Source: the human T2T-CHM13v2.0 reference genome, Homo sapiens. Taken from it: 64,000 nt of DNA. A model generated the notes under the pieces. It was not told the origin of the DNA, ran no database searches, and worked only from the letters and a program-made list of their open reading frames with translations. Shown one piece after another: positions 56,752 through 64,000 of the stretch (positions are counted from its first letter, which is position 1; each line of letters begins with the position of its first letter). Both the position numbers and the translations under genes were made by a program. The stretch lies in assembly GCF_009914755.1 (NCBI RefSeq), contig NC_060934.1; one strand, written 5' to 3'.

Positions 56752-57682
56752 TAGATCAAGTAGCAGTGAAAGTAGAATCAAGTTACTTCAGCACCAGGGC
56801 CACTCACAAATGACAGGGACAAATGGCTGCACCTCTCTTGCCTCATAGAGCCATAAGAAATGTTGTGAAAAACCTTCAACTTTTAGAAAATGTGTGGGTT
56901 TGAGGCAATGGCGTGGAACACTCTAGATAAGGTAGGAAGATCTTAGGGGACCCAGTTCCACAACAGGCTCCCTGCAGGGTTATTTGGCTTACATAAGAAC
57001 GTGCTGCCCAAAATTATCTCCATGAGACTGCCTGGAGTTTCTAAAGGTTCATTTTGATTAGCAATTATTTCTGTTAAAAAGATAGACCCTCCTGCATTGT
57101 TTTTCCATCTTGCTCCTTAGACAAGTGGTAGAGCACACCTCTCTCTTTTCAAGGAGACCGTGGAGGTTAAAGAACCCTGAAGTTCTGGAGGATACAATTG
57201 AAAGACCAGGTTTTAAAAATAGAATGTTAGCTTTTGCTTAGTGAAACCCAGAATGAGAAAAATGAAGGCAAAAGATGCAGTTAGTAATGAGCGATTAATT
57301 AGCAAACTAATAAGTTAAAACCTTCTGCAAATTTCTCGTAAAGTAATGATTCACATGAAACTAGGTAAACTCTGTTACTATATATTTTACATGCTTTCTT
57401 TTCGGTGTCCTTGCTTTCTTTCCAGTACCAGTTGAGTATATGTCTTTGCTATGGTTTTGACTGTGTTATCCCCAACCTCACTCTTGTCTTTGTCATCTCC
57501 ACCTGTGATCTGGCCCCACCCTTGGGGCACATGTGCAGTGAAGATCAGTGTGCTTGCTTTGGTCAAGTCCTTGAAAGTATAAAAGTATAAGTTAAAGTAG
57601 TTCTTTATCTCATGCTTTTATGTATATCTCTTGTTTATCTTTTAATGTTAAATTACATTTTCTCACACCTTTCTCCCTCTAG

Positions 57683-57863
57683 GATGAAAGACAAGATACT
57701 AGCTCAGAAGGAGTATCAAATGTAGAGGATCAGAATGACTCTGATTCTACACCGCCCAAAAAGAAAATGCGGAAGACAGAAAATGGAATGTATGCTTGTG
57801 ATTTGTGTGACAAGATATTCCAAAAGAGTAGTTCATTATTGAGACATAAATATGAACACACAG
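57683..57863 (+). CDS. ZEB1: ZEB1 exon 8 (181 nt; basic motif PPKKKMRK and first C-terminal finger)
   Basis: ccctctag|GATGAAAG...CACACAG|gtatgt; [24 protein letters not shown]. Confidence 0.98.
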
Positions 57864-57944
57864 GTATGTCAGTGAACACAAACATAAAGTGTCCATGATA
57901 TGATATACTGGAAGATGCAAAATTAAAAACTAAAGTTTTAGAAT

Positions 57945-58258
57945 TTTCTTTCTTTTTTTTTTTTTTTATTTTGTTTTGAGACAAGGTCTGGCTCTAGTCA
58001 CCCAGGCTGGAGTGCAGTGGCACGCAATCTCAATCTCGGCTCACTGCAACCTCCGCCTCCCGGGCTCAAGCCATCCTTTCATCTCAGCCTCCTGAGTAGC
58101 TGGGACTATAGGCACATACCACCACACCTGGCCAATTTTGATATAGACGGGTTTTGCCATGTTGCCCAGGCTGGTCTTGAACTAATGAGCTCGAGCCATC
58201 TACCCACCTCGGCCTCCCAAAGTGCTGGTATTACAGGCATGAGCCACCACGCTTGACC
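57945..58258 (-). mobile_element. AluJ-like element, antisense
   Basis: Poly-T then gagacaaggtctggctct...gggctcaagccatcc...ctcccaaagtgctggtattacaggcatgagccacc. Confidence 0.92.
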
Positions 58259-58712
58259 CAGAATTAATTTTCTTATTTTTTACTTATCTGATCTGGCCAT
58301 TTTCACCTGTTTGCCCACTTCTACCTAGTACTTAAGGTCTGTGCCTTTCTTTTGGTTTTTTGCTTCATCTGTTTTTTTGTTTTTTTCATGACTTATTTCC
58401 TTTAAGCTGACACAGCATTTATTCTGTCCGCATTCATTTAATGCAAGCTTATGCTATATTAATAAAAACATAGTACATAGTACCCATTAATAAAAAATAT
58501 GAGACCAGTGGGCTAAAGTCATAGGGAGACAGGATCTGGCTTCATAAAAGAAAAAGCTGCTTCATAAGCATGCGGCAAGCTGTCCTGGCAAGTCAAGATC
58601 TTTTGTTTTAAGTAAGAAGTTCTGCCTAAGAGGTTGGACTAGAAGATTCTAAGATCCTGTAATTCTGAGATCCTGTAATTCTGCCACAAAATATGCCTCC
58701 TTAGGTTGACTC

Positions 58713-59049
58713 AGGGATGGCAAACTATAGCTCACAGGCCAAATGTGAGCATACGCATGTTTTTCTATGAGGTAAGAATGGTAGTTTTTGATTTTGTTTT
58801 TACATTTTTAAATGATTGGAAAAGATGAAAAGAATATTTATGACTGATGAAAATTATGTGAAAGTCAAATATCAGCATCCGTAAATAAAATTAGTTGGAA
58901 GACAGCATCGCCTATTCATTTACATTTTGTCTATGTCAGCTTTCATGCTGTTCTACAATGGCAGGATTGAGAAGCTACTACAGAGACCATTTGGCCTGCA
59001 AAGCCTTTAATACTCACTACCCTTTACAGAAAATAGTTGCCAACTCCTG
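58713..59049 (+). mobile_element. MER58-like hAT-Charlie MITE
   Basis: TIRs cagggatggcaaac ... gttgccaactcctg. Confidence 0.75.
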
Positions 59050-59059
59050 GCCTATTTCA

Positions 59060-59270
59060 TTCCTTCCATCAGTGAAGTACTGATAAATTTTAACACCTGG
59101 TTCTCTGAAGGGTGGGGAAGCCCTGATTTGTAGTGTTTGCAGCTTTTTGTGGCATAAATACTCCCATCATGGTGGATTTCGAGCTTGAATGTGATGTCAG
59201 CTTGCAGAATTCCTGAAAATTTAGCAGTAGACTCTCTCCAGCCAGTACAAACTGGCTCCAGCACACTCCT
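59060..59270 (-). mobile_element. MER63-like hAT MITE
   Basis: gcagaattcctgaaaatttagc...ctggctccagcacactcctg. Confidence 0.6.
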
Positions 59271-59810
59271 GTGTCTCTCTCTAACATGGGTTGCTGTAGA
59301 AGGGGCTGGGTTTATCCTGAGCTCTTTAATCCCCTACCTGCTCTTCCCTGCCCCCACTACCAGCCATTATGACTACAGTATCCATATTTATCTTTCATAT
59401 TCTTAACTGTTTCAGTGTATTTTTTACTCTTGTGAGAAAAGATAGAATTGTTTTTCCTTCTTCAATCTGTGGATTCATACAGTGACACTTGGAAGGTTCT
59501 TGGAGCTAAAAACTGGTTACATAAGAGAAAGTCACACCTCTCAAAATCAGCCCCTTGTAACTCAGTCCTCTGGTTTTCAGAGATCTAAGAAGAGTTAGAA
59601 AATCCCCTTCCTCTTCAGGCAAAGTTAAATATTAGCAAATATCAAAGTGAAAAATATATATGAAAAACTACACTATTTCTAAAATTAAAAATCATTTCTG
59701 CATTTGTTAGTGTTAACTGCTTGATAGCTCTGAAATTGGACATTATCGATCCTGACTATGATCAGTTGTTGCCAGTCCTTTTCATGTCTGGGCAGCAACA
59801 CTCCTGTAGC

Positions 59811-60070
59811 CCATGCGTTCTCAGGAGGGGCAATATTGCCCTCACGGGCCAAAACTTGTTTCTTAGGGGGCAAAAAAGTCTGAGATACTACAATGGCTGT
59901 GGTTTTCTAAAGAAGCTCAGTATATATACTGTATATTTATGAGTTTTATCGTATATAAAAAGTGTATAGTAAACATTAAAATTTCACTGGGAGCAGAGCT
60001 TGTGACTAGGAAAACAAAATGACTAAAAAGGGACCTTGTAGTGATAATGAACACAAGGTGAGCAGCAAGT
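59811..60070 (+). mobile_element. hAT-Charlie-like MITE (subfamily uncertain)
   Basis: gttctcaggaggggcaatattgccc...attaaaatttc...gataatgaacacaaggtgag. Confidence 0.45.
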
Positions 60071-60421
60071 CTGTCCCTGTCTGCCCTCACTGTGCTCGTT
60101 CACTACCAGACATCTCCTCCCAGCTGCACTTGGCCCATTTTCCACCTCGCTGTCATGATGCTTGTATTTTTGGCATTTCAATGTCATGTAGCTCCCATTG
60201 ACCTAATCATCTGCACAGCAGAGTGTAGAGCACTACGTTTTTTAATGTAAAGAACAAACCAAATTGCAATATTATATTACAAAGAGTTTGGGACCTGGAA
60301 ATGTTTTAAAAATGAAACTAATAACCCTCCCCTTTCTACAACATGAAGTACCCCAAAAACCGTATAAGGATTTTATTTGCTGAATACCACCATTTTATTT
60401 AACAGAATTCTTATTTTGCAG

Positions 60422-61014
60422 GTAAAAGACCTCATGAGTGTGGAATCTGTAAAAAGGCATTTAAACACAAACATCATTTGATTGAACACATGCGATTACA
60501 TTCTGGAGAAAAGCCCTATCAATGTGACAAATGTGGAAAGCGCTTCTCACACTCTGGGTCTTATTCTCAACACATGAATCATCGCTACTCCTACTGTAAG
60601 AGAGAAGCGGAAGAACGTGACAGCACAGAGCAGGAAGAGGCAGGGCCTGAAATCCTCTCGAATGAGCACGTGGGTGCCAGGGCGTCTCCCTCACAGGGCG
60701 ACTCGGACGAGAGAGAGAGTTTGACAAGGGAAGAGGATGAAGACAGTGAAAAAGAGGAAGAGGAGGAGGATAAAGAGATGGAAGAATTGCAGGAAGAAAA
60801 AGAATGTGAAAAACCACAAGGGGATGAGGAAGAGGAGGAGGAGGAGGAAGAAGTGGAAGAAGAAGAGGTAGAAGAGGCAGAGAATGAGGGAGAAGAAGCA
60901 AAAACTGAAGGTCTGATGAAGGATGACAGGGCTGAAAGTCAAGCAAGCAGCTTAGGACAAAAAGTAGGCGAGAGTAGTGAGCAAGTGTCTGAAGAAAAGA
61001 CAAATGAAGCCTAA
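60422..61014 (+). CDS. ZEB1: ZEB1 exon 9 coding part (last two fingers, Glu-rich acidic tail, stop TAA)
   Basis: tttgcag|GTAAAAGACCT; [50 protein letters not shown]...EEKTNEA*. Confidence 0.99.
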
Positions 61015-61159
61015 TCGTTTTTCTAGAAGGAAAATAAATTCTAATTGATAATGAATTTCGTTCAATATTATCCTTGCTTTTCATGGAAACACAGTAACCT
61101 GTATGCTGTGATTCCTGTTCACTACTGTGTAAAGTAAAAACTAAAAAAATACAAAATAC

Positions 61160-61162
<3 letters not shown>

Positions 61163-61202
<40 letters not shown>
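61163..61202 (+). repeat. (AC)20 microsatellite in 3'UTR
   Basis: Perfect dinucleotide run. Confidence 0.98.
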
Positions 61203-61207
<5 letters not shown>

Positions 61208-61382
61208 AAATCCGGGTGTGCCTGAACCTCAGACCTAGTAATTTTTCATGCAGTTTTCAAAGTTAGGAACAAGTTTGTAACATGCAGCAGATTAGAAAAC
61301 CTTAATGACTCAGAGAGCAACAATACAAGAGGTTAAAGGAAGCTGATTAATTAGATATGCATCTGGCATTGTTTTATCTTAT

Positions 61383-62984
61383 CAGTATTATCACTCTTAT
61401 GTTGGTTTATTCTTAAGCTGTACAATTGGGAGAAATTTTATAATTTTTTATTGGTAAACATATGCTAAATCCGCTTCAGTATTTTATTATGTTTTTTAAA
61501 ATGTGAGAACTTCTGCACTACAAAATTCCCTTCACAGAGAAGTATAATGTAGTTCCAACCCGTGCTAACTACCTTTTATAAATTCAGTCTAGAAGGTAGT
61601 AATTTCTAATATTTAGATGTCTTAGTAGAGCGTATTATCATTTAAAGTGTATTGTTAGCCTTAAGAAAGCAGCTGATAGAAGAACTGAAGTTTCTTACTC
61701 ACGTGGTTTAAAATGGAGTTCAAAAGATTGCCATTGAGTTCTGATTGCAGGGACTAACAATGTTAATCTGATAAGGACAGCAAAATCATCAGAATCAGTG
61801 TTTGTGATTGTGTTTGAATATGTGGTAACATATGAAGGATATGACATGAAGCTTTGTATCTCCTTTGGCCTTAAGCAAGACCTGTGTGCTGTAAGTGCCA
61901 TTTCTCAGTATTTTCAAGGCTCTAACCCGCCTTCATCCAATGTGTGGCCTACAATAACTAGCATTTGTTGATTTGTCTCTTGTATCAAAATTCCCAAATA
62001 AAACTTAAAACCACTGACTCTGTCAGAGAAACTGAAACACTGGGACATTTCATCCTTCAATTCCTCGGTATTGATTTTATGTTGATTGATTTTCAGAATT
62101 TCTCTACAGAAACGAAAGGGAAATTTTCTAATCTGCTTTATCCATGTACTTGCATTTCAGACATGGACATGCTATTGTTATTTGGCTCATAACTGTTTCC
62201 AAATGTTAGTTATTATGGACCCAATTTATTAACAACATTAGCTGATTTTTACCTATCAGTATTATTTTATTTCTTTTAGTTTATAGATCTGTGCAACATT
62301 TTTGTACTGTATGTCTTCAAACCTGGCAGTATTAATACCCTTCTTACTGACATATGTACTTTTAGTTTTAGAAAACTTTTATATTTATGTGTCTTATTTT
62401 TATATTTCTTTATTTATTACACAGTGTAGTGTATAATACTGTAGTTTGTATTAATACAATAATATATTTTAGTATGAAAATTTGGAAAGTTGATAAGATT
62501 TAAAGTAGAGATGCAATTGGTTCTCCTGCATTGAGATTTGATTTAACAGTGTTATGTTAACATTTATACTTGCCTTGGACTGTAGAACAGAACTTAAATG
62601 GGAATGTATTAGTTTTACAACTACAATCAAGTCATTTTACCTTTACCCAGTTTTTAATATAAAACTTAAATTTTGAAATTCACTGTGTGACTAATAGCAT
62701 GATGCTCTGCAGTTTTATTAAGAAATCAGCCTAACCATACAACTCTCATTTCCTTAGTAAGCCAAATTAGGATTAACTTCTATAAACAGTGTTGGGAACA
62801 ATGTTTAACATTTTGTGCCAATTTGTTCCTGTATTCATGTATGTAAGTTACAGATCTGACTCTTCATTTTTAAGTTCCTTGTTACATCATGGTCATTTTC
62901 TAGTTTTTTACCAGACTCCCATCTCACAATAAAATGCATCAACAAGCCTGAACTGCTGTCATTCTTTTCATCATTATCAGTATT
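61383..62984 (+). promoter_or_regulatory. miR-200 family / miR-205 seed-site cluster
   Basis: miR-200b/c/429 CAGTATT(A) at 61383, 61477, 61906, 62257, 62327, 62978; miR-141/200a CAGTGTT(A) at 61796, 62547, 62787; miR-205 ATGAAGGA at 61832. Confidence 0.92.
62928..62933 (+). terminator. Proximal polyadenylation signal AATAAA
   Basis: Canonical hexamer followed by CA and U-rich downstream sequence. Confidence 0.7.
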
Positions 62985-63149
62985 TTCTTTGGAAAACTGT
63001 GAAATGGGGTACATTGTCATCCTGCATTTGATTCATCTTGAGCTGAATTTGGGTAACACTAAATGTTTTAGACATTCTCCACTAAATTATGGATTTTCTT
63101 GTGGCTAAATGTTTCTGGAGAGGTCAGAGTTGACAAAACCTCTTCACAG

Positions 63150-63400
63150 GTTGCTCCTTCTTCCTGAAATCCTTAATCCTCCGCATTTCATGCTTCAGGT
63201 CATTTCAGGGAAGCCTGGGTTTAGATGCCTTTCTGACTCTCAGCTCCTGCACTTCTGTCATCATACCTCTGATACTATTATTTATATTCCTTCCCCACTA
63301 GGAACAGGAACCACATTTGTCATAGTCACTCTCACATTCCTCACTGCCTAACAGGGTGCCTGGCATAAGTTGGGACAACAGATATTTGTTGAATAAAAAT
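63150..63400 (+). mobile_element. L2 3' end inside the distal 3'UTR
   Basis: gcctaacagggtgcctggcataag...atatttgttgaataaa is the typical L2 terminus. Confidence 0.6.
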
Positions 63401-63532
63401 ATAATTTGCATGTTTATGGAGCTCAGCTATGTTCTCACTTTTTTTGCTTCTAATTCCAGAATATATGTTAAATGATCTAATAATTTGATTATTTTCTTAT
63501 AAGTCTTATTAAACACTAGTCATAATAGACAC

Positions 63533-63538
63533 AATAAA
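63533..63538 (+). terminator. Distal polyadenylation signal AATAAA
   Basis: Canonical hexamer; U/GU-rich tract at 63565-63605. Confidence 0.75.
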
Positions 63539-64000
63539 TTATGCCTTCTTTTTCTATTGCCTTACTATTTTGATTTTTTGAAAGTGTATTTCTAGGTGTC
63601 TTCCTGGTGCTTAACCTCATGGTATATGGCACAGGTATTGCTGGCTTGTGGACATGACTACCTCCAATAGGAGCGATAGGACTGATCCTAGTCAGCTCTC
63701 CTTTGTAGAATTCACTTCCCTTTCTAGGACCCCATATTCGTAGGTGCTCGTTACCATGTTGCCTGATTTCCCCTGTCACTGAGAGCAGCTACCAATAAAC
63801 AGACTGACTGAAAAGGATTAGGAACTAAGAATAAGATACTCTTCTTAGGAGGTATCCACAATGTAATATAAAGTTCAATGAGGGCAGTGCTTGATATGTA
63901 TGGATAAATGACTAATAAAGGAATTTAGGCATTACCAGAACTTTTCAGAAAGAAAACGTACATGGACCTTTCCCAGTATTCCCTCATATGACATACAACA

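Larger units (their letters stand above)
61015..63564 (+). other. ZEB1: ZEB1 3'UTR (distal end inferred from AATAAA 63533-63538)
   Basis: Follows stop codon; AU-rich; poly(A) hexamers at 62928, 63392, 63508 (ATTAAA) and 63533. Confidence 0.85.

Noticed and set aside
57945-58258. Exonisation of the antisense Alu 80 nt after exon 8
   Set aside because: Acceptor AGs exist but the usual cryptic donor positions read GC (aggcacat, aggcatga); no support from sequence alone
60461-61204. 247-aa minus-strand ORF
   Set aside because: Shadow of the GA-rich exon 9 and the (CA)n repeat; low complexity, non-ATG start

Overview
Human (or very close great-ape) genomic DNA covering the 3' two-thirds of ZEB1 on the + strand: the distal part of intron 2, coding exons 3-9 (all with GT-AG boundaries in a consistent frame), and the ~2.5 kb 3'UTR with its miR-200/141/205 seed cluster and tandem poly(A) signals. 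Exon numbering is from my recall of the ZEB1 gene model. The introns are dominated by transposon relics: a three-tier, sense-oriented nested L1 stack (old L1M > L1PB4-like > near full-length L1PA2/3 with an 18-bp TSD, open ORF1 and ORF0, broken ORF2), two long antisense L1s, Alus, an MLT1 LTR, MER DNA transposons, MIR, L2 and L3. I see no new gene system. The most unusual item is a 64-bp near-perfect copy of the exon-7 segment encoding the third CtBP-binding motif, sitting about 965 bp downstream in intron 7. The same intron also holds candidate splice acceptors, poly(A) hexamers and a perfect CLEAR/E-box palindrome. Repeat subfamily calls and boundaries are by eye and approximate.
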